Shown in pieces: positions 12,891 through 26,658 of a stretch of DNA of 64,000 nt. Numbering within the stretch: the first letter of the stretch is position 1; the number at the start of each line of letters is the position of its first letter. Source of the DNA: Fimicolochytrium jonesii (taxonomy: Eukaryota); NCBI RefSeq assembly GCF_025526975.1, contig NW_026515687.1, forward strand, positions 310,001 to 374,000, read 5' to 3'. The notes under the pieces are model-generated. The model saw nothing but the letters and a program-made list of their open reading frames with translations, did not search any database and was not told the DNA's origin. The translations under genes and the position numbers were made by a program.

Positions 12891-13249
12891 GGAAAAACAT
12901 CATTGGGTGAGTTGACAAGCAGCATGTGGGGTTCGGAGACGCAGTTATTTATGCAGAGAGCAATTCATTCTGAAGACTGTCCTTTTCTTCAACACTGGCG
13001 TTTAGCAAAGCGATGGTCATCCACGCCCTGGAGGACGACCTAGGGCTCGGAAACGCTGTCACATCAAGGACGACAGGAAATGCTGGTGCTCGCGTGGCGT
13101 GCGGTATCAATCACCTTGATTTCATCATTAAACCGAACGGCTGGCTTTCCTTTCGATCACCGCCTCTTCCCATCTTCGCTTGTGGCCTGGCGCAACGATG
13201 TCGGATCACCACATTTCAACCGCTCAAAGCGGCGGACCCAGCGCCTTGA
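12891..13249 (+). pseudogene. Cu/Zn superoxide dismutase C-terminal remnant
   Basis: Mini-exon 12891-12906 spliced (gtgagt..tttag) to 13006 gives [39 protein letters not shown]. No upstream HxH or HFNP metal-ligand exons were found. Confidence 0.7.
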
Positions 13250-15197
13250 TAATCCCCCGATCGATTTTCGCTTACTACCCCTCCTTCCTTTGTCAGTTTA
13301 CTTTCTGCGAGCAGTTTTCACCGGCCAACGACAGGTCTGGGATTGACAATTTAGCCCTTTTGGCGATGCAGAATGTCGTTCCCCTGATCCTGCGTTAGCC
13401 ACCAGCCAACACCTTTTTCTGCCTCTTCCTTCATTCGCCTCCTCCATACCGTTCCCATAAAGCGTAAACTTGATAAATCTGGTGCTGATCCAACCTTTCT
13501 GACGATGTTGAGGGACTTTGGACTACGATCTCCCTTTAGCCCTTTCTGTTTCAGAGACAAAGACCGTCTTCATACAAAGCCGCTCCAAATGGCAAATGGA
13601 TCACACCCTGTGCTCGCAAATTGCAAGCGCTAAAATACTCTCATGAAAATATCGATGTTGACCTGGACGCGGATATTTCATATTCTTAGCGGAAGAGGTA
13701 ATCACTCCCACACCACAAACTTGACTTCCAGAGGTACTGTACTGCATGTGCCGTCCAATGTATGCCATCCAATCGCGAATCCAGAAACGGGGTCCAAATC
13801 GCGTCCGATAAAAAAAAGGTCCAAAAACGCGTCTTCCATAATCCCCCTTCGCATCCCACTGACATCGGTATTGCGTCCCAACTGGGTTTTCTTCCCTCGT
13901 CTCTTGCCAGGTGGAGCCAGGAGAGCATCTAAGCCCGGCATATCTCCTTTGTATTTTGTACAGGAGCCTCGAACAGCGCCCCTGGTTTTCCTGATCCAGA
14001 CGTCTCAGAGCTGTTGTCCCCTGGCTATATTGGCAAGAGAGAGTTCGCAGCCTTGCGACAGTCGCTCATATGCTTGTCCCGCCGGTTTTCCCCAAATCCA
14101 AACGTCATTTAACCTCCTCTCCTGCGCATGCGTCCTCTCTGCCCGTGTGAGCAGGAGAGCGCCAGAGTCAGTTCGCGGTACGGTGAGTGTTCGGACCTTC
14201 TCGTTGTACTCCTCCGGCTGCCCGCGCCGCCGGTACTACTCCTACAGGAGAGTGATCTTGGCCTCGTCTCCTGGCTTGTGCGAGCAGGATTCCCCTCCTA
14301 CGCTCCTTGCATGGGTCCCTCTTCTTCGAGTAAGTCAACTGGCATGAGCTGATGAGCTCTGACGAACAAACATCACGAGGGACGTGCAAACCCCCTTTTT
14401 ATTTCGTGAACTCCGAACTCCAAACTTATTTCGTGAATCCGGCACATTACTGTGTGCCATTGCCATCAAGCATTCTAGATCTAATCTCGAATGACGCGCG
14501 GGCTCTCTTTCATCTCATCAAGAGCAAATAGAAGCTGCGTCGATCCTCAATCCGTCCTCTGCAATCCGACTCTGCCCAATGAATATGGACCTTCCGTCGC
14601 CTTCCCACGAAGGTGCTGTGGATGCGGGACGGGGGTGTTGGATGAGGAGCAAAATGCGATGGATGACTCCGCTCATGAGTCAGCATGGTGTGCCCCTATC
14701 AACAAGTATGCGCTCCACCGGCGGTTGCGATAGCGCGACGCCGCCCTCTGCGGGTAAACAGGTGTGACATTTCTGGAAGGGACCTGCTCCTACGGACGAC
14801 GTCTCGCTCTCCCCTCTTGCCCCGCAAGGCCTGCATATATACTGTATATATATATATATCTATAAAAAGGGAGCCGGCTTCCTCTCCTGACCCACCGTAG
14901 AACTGGTTCTTCATTCTCATATTCTAGTCAACCTCTCTACTCCAGCGATCGTATAGAATCTGTATCTTCGCCATTTTGATACCCAACGCCGCGGCAAATT
15001 GCAGTGGTATTTCCGCAGGCAGTTCACAGCGTCACCTACGCCCGAACATTTCCAAAGGCATACCGACCGAGAGGCAAGGCGATAGTCACCAAGTGATCCC
15101 ATCTGACGGCGCTGGACACGCATCGCGAAGACGAAACTGCTTCGCATAAACGCGTTTGTCATTACTTCCGCTCGGCATTTGGTGACGGTGGGGAAAC

Positions 15198-17397
15198 ATG
15201 TTTCGGCGGAACGAGGCCACCCAGCTGTCGCCCTCCACGGCGACGAAGAGTTTCATGGCAGACAACGTCACTGACTCTCAGCTGCCGCCAGAGGTTGAGC
15301 AGGGGAATGTGAGTTCAACTACCGTCTCGGGCAGAATGTATCGTGGGCCGCGAAACTGCGAATGCCTTGCGCTAACGGACGGTGTCTTCTCCAGGTCGAG
15401 TACAAACTGCAGCTGATAAATACCCCTCCTGAACGCCTAGAGCATCTCATCACGCAGCTGAAATGGAGGTTCGCAATTCATCTCCCATATTCCGAGTGAT
15501 CACAATCTCAAGTCTCCCTGACCAAACATCGTACACATCTACAGGTTAGCAGAAGGCTACGGCGAAGCGATGTACGAGATCGGAGTCGCGGACAAAGGTG
15601 CATTAGTCGGGCTCACGCAATCCGAGCTGGACGCCTCAGTGGAAACGCTGAAGAAGATGGGCCACGCGTTGAGCGCCGATGTGTCTATCATCCGTGAACG
15701 CGTCGTCAGTGCCGAGAACGAGATGCCTGAGCGCAAGGTTGCGGAAGTGTTGGTGCGGAAATGTTTGACGGATGACCAGCACTTTCTGGAGATTCGGGTG
15801 GCTGTTATTGGGGGTGCTGATGCTGGAAGTGAGTGGATCCTCAATGTCCTCGTCATCCATTGCCCCAAACGAGGGAGAGCTGACTAACATCCCCGTCTTC
15901 GCAGAATCGACATTGTTGGGTGTCCTAACGCACAGCGACACCGACAACGGCCGAGGCAAATCCCGTCTCAACCTACTCCGCCACCGTCATGAAATCGAGT
16001 CCGGACGGACCTCCTCCATCTCCCACCAAATCATCGGTTTCGACCCGCACGGCGAACTCATCAACTATGCCACATCAAACCATACCATCCACACATGGGC
16101 GCAGATCTGCGAAGCCGCGTCCAAAGTCATCACTTTCCTCGACATGTGCGGACATCCCAAGTACCAGAAGACGACCTTGTCAGGACTAACGGGACACGCG
16201 CCAGATTACGCCTGTCTCATAGTCGGCGCCAACGCGGCCGGGGTGCCTACCGTATCCCGCGAACATCTGGGCATCGCAGTCTCGCTCAAAGTCCCGGTTT
16301 TCGTCGTTATCACCAAAATCGATATCGCCTCGCCCGCGCAACTGACACACACCGTCGGCGCTTTGCTGACACTTCTCAAAAGCCCCGGCATCAAACGCGT
16401 CCCGCTCGTGATCCAGAACAAAGACGACGTGGTAGTCTCCGCGTCAAGTTTCGTCCACGAAAAGATCATCCCCGTTTTTCTTACCTCCAGCGTCACCGGC
16501 GCCAACATGGATCTGCTCACCCAGTTCTTCAACCTCCTCCCCAAATACCAGCATGCGGAGTACGAGCGTTTGGTGGAAGAGGACGTCGAATACCAGATCG
16601 AGGAGGTGTATTCCGTCCCCGGCGCCGGGTGCGTAGTCGGCGGGAAACTTCTCTCCGGCCTCGTCTCATTGACCCGCAATCACCAACACCACCGCCCGCC
16701 ACATGCCGACACATCCACCCCCACAAGCCCCTCCACATCATCCCTCGGAACCACATCACACCCGAACACCTCCATCCTTGGCCCCGCACACTCCTCAATC
16801 CTCTACATCGGGCCCGACCACGGCCGCTTTGCCCCCTGCATCATCACCTCCATCCACCGCCACCGCTGCCCCGTCAACATGGTCAAAGCAGGCCAGGTCG
16901 CCTCCTTCGCCATCCAATTCGTCCACCGCGACGGTCTGACGGCCCCCACCTCATCTGATATCCCACCACCATCATCAACAACACCACCGCCACCATCGGG
17001 TGTATTCAGGTTACGCAAAGGCCAGTCGATCTTACCGTACATCCCCCGAACGACACGGTCCTTCACAGCCGAGCTGACGGTCCTCCATTCACCGGACCCG
17101 GAACCGCTCGCCAGCAACACGCGCGCGGTCGTGTATTGCGGGTCCGTGAGGCAGGCCGTGCGCGTGGTCGACGTGTTGGATGCTGGGATATCTCCCGTGC
17201 CATTGCAACAGCAGCAGCAGCAGAAAGACCCGACGACACACCTGATTCATTTTAGGTTTTTGTTTGAGCCTGAATATGTGGTTGTAGGGAGGCATGTAGT
17301 TGTTAGGGGCGAGGGAGGGCTGAAGTGTGTGGGGAAGGTTGTGGATGTTGGGGTGGGGCAAGAGCATGGGGCGGCGCCGGCACTGGCGGTGCGGTAG
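15198..17397 (+). CDS. GTP-binding protein 1/2 (GTPBP1/GTPBP2 translational GTPase), multi-exon
   Basis: 'LPPEVEQGN|VEYKL', 'HLITQLKWR|LAEGYGEAMYEIGV', P-loop 'GGADAG|KSTLLG', 'RHRHEIESGRTSS', 'DMCGH', 'TKID'. The start is uncertain (15198 or 15255). Confidence 0.9.
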
Positions 17398-18549
17398 ATT
17401 GGGGGGATGGAGGAGGAGCGGGTGAGGTGGGTGAGCTTTTGAGCTCCCTTTGGAACGGTCGCGGGTTTTTTTGGGGAAGATGTGCGTGTAGCGTAAGAGT
17501 AGGGCAAATAGAAGTGTGCTGAAATATGGATACGTGTCAAGGTGACGGGTTTCAAACGCTTTTGTCAACGGCAGAACAAAACAGATCACGGCCAAACTTG
17601 CAGAGAAATATGGATATCGAGTCAATCACTCCTTAGACCAAAGACTTATACAGGTGCTGACCCTGGTTGTTATCCAGTTTGGATCAATTCTGAATCAAAT
17701 CATTGACAAAGGAAGGTGGTATCGATGTATCGATTGTAGCTACATCATTGGTCAATCGGTTGCGTAGTCGGTTGCGGCACCGTCTGGTAGCTTGGTACGT
17801 TCCGCTGTACGTCCTACGCAGCCGTCAAGAACCCGCTTGTAGCTCGCTTGAGGCCGCGAATGTCCGAGGCAAATCGGAAGAGTCGAACTGAGGAGTGGAT
17901 GTGTTTGTGGTAGGCAGGAGGTGGGGTGTGGAATGTGCTGCACGGAATGTGCAGGCAAATACTGTTGAAAACACGTTGATTTGGTTACCAGCACCTCGGT
18001 CATCCCCACCGATTCCCCGGTACCTCCCTCGCGCCTCTGACTCACTTGAGCGGAGTCTGAATCCCGGTCTCTCTTGTCCCTCGTCACTGGGGCCCGAGTC
18101 GCTTATATAAACACCGTTTTGCAGAACCGGCCGTTGAAAGGGCACCCCGACCAAAGTGACCGACCGAGTTTGCCGTACGGGGGCCAAAGGGTTCCGACTG
18201 CCAACTGCCAGTCCCGCACATTTATCAAGATAACATGGTGCCGAACCTTCCATTTCCGGAATGGCTCACACAAAAAGTCAAGTTCCGAACGAACTTACAA
18301 GGCAGTTTTCACGTCCGCGAGCAGGCAGATCCGAAAGAGACCTGACGCCGATTGGGGCATTTTTGCTGGTCTCGAGCCTCCCCTGATTTGCACTACCCAG
18401 GGCGTAGCTCAACAGACAAGGATTGCTGTAGGGGCCCAGAGATGCAAGGAATTCTACGAGCAGTGAGCACAACGCAGCAGCGTGTTCAGGGCGATGGGAA
18501 TGTGGACGAGGAGGAGAGCATGTAGCGCCCACCAGTTCGTGGCATCGGC

Positions 18550-18556
18550 TATAAAA
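18550..18556 (+). promoter_or_regulatory. Putative TATA box
   Basis: TATAAAA about 130 bp upstream of the ATG of the secreted-protein gene. Confidence 0.45.
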
Positions 18557-18680
18557 CAGCGAGGATGGTCTTGCATTTCCCTTCTCTTCTCATCACCCAC
18601 AACAACAAGCCTGCCAGCTCCGCTCCACCGCTAAAAAGACCATTCTCCCAGCTCCACCAGAAGTTACACAACCCTCCACA

Positions 18681-19223
18681 ATGCGTTTCTCTCTCACCGC
18701 CGCCCTCGCCGCCGTCGTCGCCACCGTGGCCCTCTGCGCCTCGCCCGCGCTCGCCTCCCCCGCTAGTGAAGTCACCATGTTCAACGGCCTCGACTTTTCC
18801 CTCTCCGGCCCCGGGGACTCCCTCGACCTCTCCACGCGCGCAGCCAAATGCGGCGTCGCGGAAGGCATCCACTGCGCGGTCATGATCGCCGCCACGGGCG
18901 GCTGTTTCGCCGCCGTCGCCCTCGGCACCTTCGCCACCTCCGGCGCCGCGTTCGCCGCCTACCTCGGATGTGCGGTCGTGAGCGAGAACGGGGTCAAGGC
19001 GTGCCTGCCGTGTCTGAAGAAAGCGTGGAATAAACTGGTCAAGCTGGCACACAAGCACGGGAAGAGGTTGCCGTGGGAGAAGCACCACCGCCGGTCCGTT
19101 GGGGATGCTGCTGGCCCGCGCAAGCCGTCCGCCAAGGCCATCGCGGACTGTGTGTTTGATCTCGTCAACAATGAGGGGTACAACACCGCTACGGCAAACC
19201 AGTTCTGCGCTCTGGAAATCTAA
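18681..19223 (+). CDS. Small secreted cysteine-rich preproprotein (180 aa)
   Basis: Signal peptide MRFSLTAALAAVVATVALCASPALA, a 6-Cys hydrophobic core, a cationic helix and KR/RR sites. Intronless with strong C/G third-position bias. Confidence 0.85.
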   Translation: MRFSLTAALAAVVATVALCASPALASPASEVTMFNGLDFSLSGPGDSLDLSTRAAKCGVAEGIHCAVMIAATGGCFAAVALGTFATSGAAFAAYLGCAVVSENGVKACLPCLKKAWNKLVKLAHKHGKRLPWEKHHRRSVGDAAGPRKPSAKAIADCVFDLVNNEGYNTATANQFCALEI

Positions 19224-20367
19224 ACCATCGCCACAAACCCCCCTTCACTCTCGCTTTTGGTTCCGATCGTCGATCGACGGAATGGTACATACTCGCCCCC
19301 CCACTTCACATAGACTTCACATAGATGTAGACACCCCTCAACCTCCCTTATAGAGCATTTTGTGCATAGACCTTTCCTCAGACGGCTCCCATTTTTCCTT
19401 TTGAGCAGTACATATAGACTTGTTTCATTCTCCCCATCTCTCTGTATACAAAAATGAAAATAGAAAAACCCCCGCTTGCAAGCAAAATGGAAATGTGCAA
19501 TCTGACAGGGGGCGAGGGGTGATTCTGCTGAGCGTCCCCAAACTTTCCTTTCTTTGTCTCCAAATGTTCGTTTCGCAGCGTGGGTTTTCCATAGCCCTGC
19601 ACCATCGCCCCCAAATCGCGGACAAGGCTGTTCCTTGCATGTCTTTAGCAACCCGATTTCATGGCCTCCAGACTCGAATCACCGCATTGCAAGAACGGAA
19701 GTTGCTGGGCCCTGTAACTATACGGTATATCCGCAGACGGTAATATATAGCGCGCAAAACAGGGGCTCGTCGGAAGCTCCAGTGAACATGACTGGACAAG
19801 CTACCACATTTGAAGGATCTCCTGCCCAGACCAGGCCCGTTTTTAAAACCTTGCGCGAACGGATCGGTCCGGTGGGATTCCGGTTGCGCAAGGGACAGAT
19901 TGTGTGTGCCGAGTCCGATAGATGTGCTGGGGTTTTCCAAATATCGTCCGCGCAAACAGCAGACGTTGCGTTGACGACGAGGGGTATTCACTCGAACACC
20001 ATATATTCATGTTCCCATTTGCCAAGATGGTGAAGGACCCCATCGTACGTGAATACAACAACAGCACAGATTCTCAATCGGCAAAAGACATCATCAAATT
20101 AGTATATACAGAAATGATGCCATCACAACCCAGCACGATGTGCGAGCGGGCTACGTAACACCCCCTATCGGAAACGCCAACAAGCTTCCCAAAAAAAAAA
20201 GAACAACCCGTACCCACCGCCCCACACCAATGAGCGACTAGTAAGCCCTGCCGCCGGCCGACGCAAGAAACCTATACTGGGTACAGGAGTCCGCGAGAAC
20301 GTTCTCTAAATACAAATAAAGGAGGGGGGAATAGCGAAACCGTCCAGATGAAGCATCCACCGATCTT

Positions 20368-22141
20368 CTACCAATACTCCTCCGGTTCATCAAACACCAG
20401 CGCCTGTCGTTCAGAGGTGGGTATCCCGCGCGCATAACGCATGTTATGCGGCATCATGCGGCGCTCGCATGCCAAGTTCTCACGCAGGCTTTCCGACATG
20501 TCGTCGCGCATGCCGGCGCCGACAAGCTCGTCCATCTCATCTTTAGCGAGGGCGTTGAGGTTTCTGAATTGGGACGGTTTGGCGCGTTTGAGGGCGGATA
20601 CTTCTTTAATGGCAACCGAGAGGAGGGAGCGGCGGCTGGTGAGTGTGGGCGGGTTCTCGGGGCTGCCGTTGGCGTCGCCCAGGGCGACTTTTTGGAAGAG
20701 TGGGGGTGGGGTATATGTCGAGCATGCATCCGAGTCCTCGTCCTCGTCTGATGAGTAGTCTTCGCTGTCCGAGATATCTGAGCTGTAGTCGGATTCGGAA
20801 CAGCTGTCCGAGTCCATTGCGTCGTAGTCGTCCAGTATTGATGTTGGAGCGACTGGACGGGGAGCGTAGGCTGCTGGTGGGAGAGCTGTTGGTGGTTGCT
20901 GTTTGACGGCGGGTTGTGGAGGAAGGTGTTGGGCGGCGTGGTCTGGGGTGAGCGACTCGGAGATGAAGAACTTGACTTTTGGTTTGTCGGTGGCTATCGT
21001 TTGCCGACTTGTCAGTGGTGGACGGTTCGGCTGCGGCGCTTGCGCGTGCAGCTTATTCAGCTGCATATGCGAGCCTCGTTGCGGTAGCAGTTGAGTTTGC
21101 AAGCGGCCCGTGACGGGGTGTTGAGGAGCAGCGCCGTTCCCTTGTGGTGGTGGGTGGCTCTGTAGCCGCTGAGGTGGGTGGACGAACTGCTGCTGGTACG
21201 CTGTTGGTGGCATGTGACGTGGCATAAATTGCTGATATGCCTCTGGCATATGTGGAGCAGCGTAGTTGTGCACGCCAGTCCGAACATTTTGTAATGTCAC
21301 GGCACTCGCAGCTCGTTGGATGTTGGTTTGGGAAGTTGTCGCGTAGGAACTGTGAGGTTGGAGAGTGCCAGCACTAGTCGTCCGTGGGAGGGCGGCGGCC
21401 GGCGCCGGGGATGGGGCAACATAGTGGATCTGGGGGGCTGCCTGTGCAGCTGGTGCGATGACGGGAGTGGCGACGACTGCTGCGGCAACTGGTGCGGGAG
21501 GCAACGCAATGCTCTGCCCCTGCGCAGGTGTTGGTGGGGACAACGATTGCTGTTGATGTGTACATGGGATTGCTGCTGGTTGCTGTTGCCTCACCGGTGC
21601 CGACTGTTGCTCTTGCGGAGGTAGTTGCGTCGCTGCAGCAAGCTCCTTCGGCAAGCGTTCCTGCTCCTGCAAAGCAACGGAAGCAGCCGCAGCAGCCTTC
21701 ATCAACGAGAGGTTGTTCTTCCTCTTGTCCGCTTCCTTCTTTGAGTCGTCGACGGCATTCTTGAGGATGCATTTGAAAGACTCTGGCGATACATGTGGCG
21801 ACTTGTTCTGCTTCGGCATGGGATCGAACTCGGGTATATCGAGAGGAGCTGTCTCTTCAAGAGGAGAGTGTCCGTGGCAGGACCGATACCATAACCTGTT
21901 GGAGGATAAGGAGAGCGAGAATTAGCTTGAGCCAGGAGCAAAACGTGAAGGATAAACGCCGACGAAGCTCCTCAACCTACCTCCACGATATGTTTTCAAG
22001 GCGTCGTCCATTCTCGAGGTTGTCTTTGCACTTGGTGAAGACGTTCCATATTGTTTGAATGTCGGCCTCGTCAATTGAGGTCAGCTTCTGAATGTTGCCA
22101 AAGGCAAGGGTCAAGACCGGCTCTGCTAGCACTCTGGGCAT
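20368..22141 (-). CDS. DUF1752 + DUF3295 fungal regulatory protein
   Basis: Exon 1 'WNVFTKCKDNLENGRRLENISWR' (DUF1752). C-terminal 'TSRRSLLS', 'DDMSESLRENLACER' and terminal W (DUF3295-like). Q/P-rich middle. Confidence 0.8.
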
Positions 22142-25100
22142 CGAACGGACGACGACGGTTGGCTAGAGCGGGGTAATTGGGCGGTGGGTGGTTTGTGTGG
22201 TCTGCTTGTGGTTGCTGAGCGGGACGAGTGCGTTTGAGGGCGCACAGAGTTCCTCACGCGTGTTTTTGCTGAGCGAAAGAAGGAGGGCCGACGACCGACA
22301 ATTGCGTTTCGCAGGCAATGGCGACGAGAGTTTCTGGTAGTTCGAGCTTATGCAGTAACGGGTGGAAGAGGAAAGAGTTTTGGCTAGCTAGACGCCAAAG
22401 CCCTCAGAGCGGCATGCTCCGTTCCTTATATGTGACGTAGAGAAGGGCTTGAGGGTTCTTTGTTCCCGGGCGGTGGCAGTGCGTAGGTTTCTCAGATATA
22501 GGCTGAGCAACAAGGCACTTGACCACACGATAATACGAGATACTTTTTTGCACAAGGAGAAAGGCGGTAGGAGAAGCAGTGACGGAGGATGCGGTCACAA
22601 GGGCGGGTCAGTTGAGGGGAAGTCGGTGCGGTGGGCGAGTATATCAAGACGAGAGTTTGCTGCTGTTTTCTGTGTTGAGGGAAGGTCGTCAACAGGGAGA
22701 CAGTACGTCGTAGTGATGTGGAGGGTTCGCTGGGTGGGTGGTGCTGGCTGATGGAACGTAGATAAAGCGAACGAGAGACGACTTGTGAGCGAAGCGGGAG
22801 AAAGAAAAAAGGGACGGAACGGGAGGAGCGAGTGAGTGTGTATGGAGTGTTGTTATGGAATCGCCTGGCCCCCAAACAAAGCAGCTGCTGTGCAAGTGAC
22901 CTCGTTCCCTCGAGCAGCAGCCAGCCGCGAGATAGGAATCTTTTGCCTGGATGGCACGAGGGATGAGAAGGAGGTGTGGTCACGTCGCCCCCCCGCTGGC
23001 TTGCCTGCCAAATCACCAAAAAAGGGTTCCCCCCCCCCCCCGATGAGGGAATTTCAGGAAAATAGCCCATAGTGTTTGCAAGTTCACGCGCCGTCACCGG
23101 TTCCCCAAGGGCATCTGATCTGTCTGATGCTGCCCGATAAAGCCCATTCCTGGCCCTCGTTTGTACTTAAAAATCTGCTGCTAACCACATTACACATGTC
23201 TAGGCCCCCGCCCCCACTCCGCTCATTAACGCGCTAAAGTGCGATAAAGTGCTACAAGTCCCGCCGAAATCATGCGCCCCCCCCGCCCCCCCCTCGTGCT
23301 CGGTATTTGGGCGTCTGGTCATCAAGGAGCTTCCGTCAGAAGCCGAGCGATGGGTATCGATAAAAGCCGCGGTAAGAACAACAAAGCGAACGCGCTCGCA
23401 ACCGTCACGAGTCCATATTTTCCTTATCGCTGCTGCGAAAAGGCCATCGATGTCTGTCCAGATGTCTCTGAAGTTACAATTAGAACGACAATAGACGGAT
23501 AACTCTCAGACCACGCAAATGAGACCACGCAACGAGACATGGCTTCTGTCTCACTCTGCCGCCGATTCTGCCTCTTCTGACTTGAACCAGTGACTTGAAA
23601 GCTCTCCCGGGTTCTCGTCATCTGTTTTTTCAACCTACCGCGGACCATGCGTAACTGCTCACCATAAAGTCAAATCAAGACCCCTGGGAAAATCTCGAGA
23701 ATTCGGTCGCACCTTGCATGTGAGAAGGTTCACCGCCCATTCCGTCCCGACATATCGGCACGTGCAAATCATGAAGGCCGGTTCCGGGATTTTTTCGCCG
23801 ATCCCCCACGCGTTTAATTTCAGATCGCGAAAGGCGTGACCAACCCTTTCCCGCCTGAATATGTCCATATACAGATATTACAAACACTATCACTGATATC
23901 AAACTGCTTGCAGCGACGTTTCGTGTCCGTCAGGATCAGGACTCGGGAACATATAGCCTCAGCTCGGAATACTTTCATCACGTTTTCCGCAAAAACAAGC
24001 CTTGGTCCACACGAAATACGCTGGCAAGGAGGAGTGGCACGAGCTCTCACAGCATTTGGATCTAGGAAGCCAGCCTGTAACAGACGCACGGGGGGCGATC
24101 GACCCAATGAGTGAATCCTCCATCCGAACGATACCGCGACCCTCACTGTCCACCGCCAGTGTCGCAGGACGACCCAGGTGATGGCATCGTCCTCCCTCCG
24201 GAGCGATACCAAGACCCTGCAACAAAGAGAACCGACTTTTCCCTTACGCGCACTTACCGTGGTTAGCGGAGTCTTCACCTCGTGTTTTGGACTAAAACGC
24301 GGAGTTGGACTTTCGCGTTTGCGGTTTTCGACGCGTTACTACCGAAACGTTAGAAAATGTTAGGAACCCGCAAGCAGGGTTCCACAAACTGTCAAAAGAT
24401 GGATTTGCATCTCGTACGTAGTGTTGATTTCCGAGCGATCCAGACAGAAAGAAGCTTCACTTTGAGTTAGATTAGGCGTCTTCGGAGGGCATCATGCGGT
24501 ACGGCCTTGCCCATAGAGTTACGGTTATCACTCGGATTCTTTCGAAAGGAACTCAAGCGAGTTTACACGCAAGATGGATCCGGCATGAGATCAAGCGTAA
24601 AAAGACAAGACGAGAAACCAAACGTCATTTCAAAGGATCCATCAGACGTAAGAGCGGGACAAGGCCCATCCCTGAGATTCGCGGATTCGCCCTCCGCCAG
24701 CGGGGATTGTCACCCAGGGGTGTGGAGGTCGAAGTTGAGATTCGGCTGAACATTCAGGACATAGGGTCACGAGAGTGTTTATGGAGCATTCGAGTAGGCC
24801 CTTGAGCTGATGTGGAGATAAGAGCGGACGATGCCATGACGGAGTGCGACGGTGTGAGTTGATGACAGTATGCCTTCAGGTCTCAAGGGTGAGTACTCCG
24901 CATATGGTGGGCACTTGTGGTGATGCAGAAACCGATTGGGTAGATAGAGAGAAGGGCCTTATACGTAGGTTCTGCGTTCAGTCCTGGCGAGTAGTAATTC
25001 CTGTCAAATGCAACGACCGTTTGGTGGAGAACGTGGGGGGAATATTGCAGGCTGAGTTCTTATACGCTCTCATAAGATGAATGCGACCGATCGGGAATTC

Positions 25101-25457
25101 GTGCATGCAGCATGACGTGACCACACCAGATACATTCGGCGAGTTGAGAAGGTAGGTTTGAGACACAGATTGCTCTGGGATGCACCTTTGGCGGACAACC
25201 GGTTCTGTCGTTTTTGTTTGTCAAAGTGACACGAGACTCTCTGTGGCAACTCAGGTGGCAACTCGCCAAGCTGCTCGCCAAGGAGGCCAAGGCTCCGAAT
25301 TTTTGCGTAAACAATCTGTAAACAATCTCTCGCTTTGCGCTGACTGTCAGAGTATATCATCCTCACCGTGGCATCTGCCCCGCATCCAAGGCACTCATAA
25401 GGACCTCGTCACAACTCAGCCAAGTTCCCCTCAAACCCAATTCTCTATATATCAATT

Positions 25458-26658
25458 ATGTTCACCAACTCCTATCGCCCCATCCCACCGCACGAAGATG
25501 GCATCCCCCCCTCCCCCTCCGCTTCAACAAGTTACGGTACATCCGGCCTTCCGCCCGCCTACGCCGACTCCGACATTCCCGACGACTTCAAATATGGCAC
25601 CAGCGTCGCTGCAGCTGCTCAGGACATTCGCCTCGCATTCGTGCGGAAGGTGTATTCCATTCTGGCGTGCCAGCTGGGGTTGACGATGGCGTTGGGCGCT
25701 TTGTTTATGTTTAATGATGGGGTCAAGGGCTGGGTTCAGTCGAAGTATGTTGAGAATGTATTCGCATATCTGTGATTTTCTGCTATGCAACCTATCACAG
25801 ACTGACAGAGGGGTTGTTACTTTGACACAGTGCGTGGCCAATGTATACAAGCCTGATCGCCACCTTCGTCTTTCTTTTCGCTCTGCACTGGAAGCGCCGC
25901 TCGCACCCGGTCAATCTCTACCTCCTCGCCGCGTTCACCGCCAGCGAGGCGTACTCCATCGCTGTCCTGGTCACTTTCTTTGACTCGATTGTGGTTTTGC
26001 AGGCTGTGATCTTGACCTTTGCTTTGTGAGTTTTGGTCAAATGGCTTTTATACCCCCGTTACAAATTGCTAACATGATGAATGTGATAATTCAATAGATT
26101 CGTCGGCCTAACCCTCTTCACGCTCCAAACCAAATACGATTTCTCCTCCTGGGGCCCCTTCCTGTTCGGCTGCCTCTGGGTGCTCGTCATCTCCGGCTTC
26201 ATCCAGCTGTTCTTCCCGTTCGGCTCGGCGGCCAATTTCGCGATCGCCGTGGGCACAGCCCTCCTGTTCTGCGGGTTTATTTGCTTTGTGAGTAGTTTTT
26301 CCCTTTTGTCTTTCTTGTTGAGATTGCAAACACCCTTAATTGAATATTTTGGGGAACTTCAGGATACGCAAATGATACTCACCCGTTTGAGCCCTGAGGA
26401 ATACATCGTGGCCTCCGTCGAGGTATGTCCCATATTGGCGCCGTCCTCATACATCAACCATTCCTGCGTACTCACATTTATCCCTTGGACACTAACAGCT
26501 GTACCTCGACATTCTCAATCTGTTCTTGGTGAATACTCGAACACTTCTCTCACCGGGTTGCGCCACGGGGTCCTGAGCGGCTCACTGACGTTCTTCCTTT
26601 GTCCCTTCCCTTTCCGCTATAGGCAATCCTACGAATCCTGAACGCAAGGAACGATTGA
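25458..26658 (+). CDS. BXI1: Bax inhibitor-1 / TMBIM (BXI1, LFG-like) membrane protein, multi-exon
   Basis: 'DIPDDFKYG', 'IRLAFVRKVYSILACQL', 'HPVNLYLLAAFT', 'DTQMI...LSPEEYI', 'LYLDILNLF'. Confidence 0.9.

Noticed and set aside
13643..14390. 234-aa ORF and opposite-strand fragments, possibly a transposon remnant
   Set aside because: No recognisable domain or termini, and the composition is not protein-like.
23100..25400. Several short ORFs in the intergenic region
   Set aside because: No motifs, codon bias or consistent splice structure.
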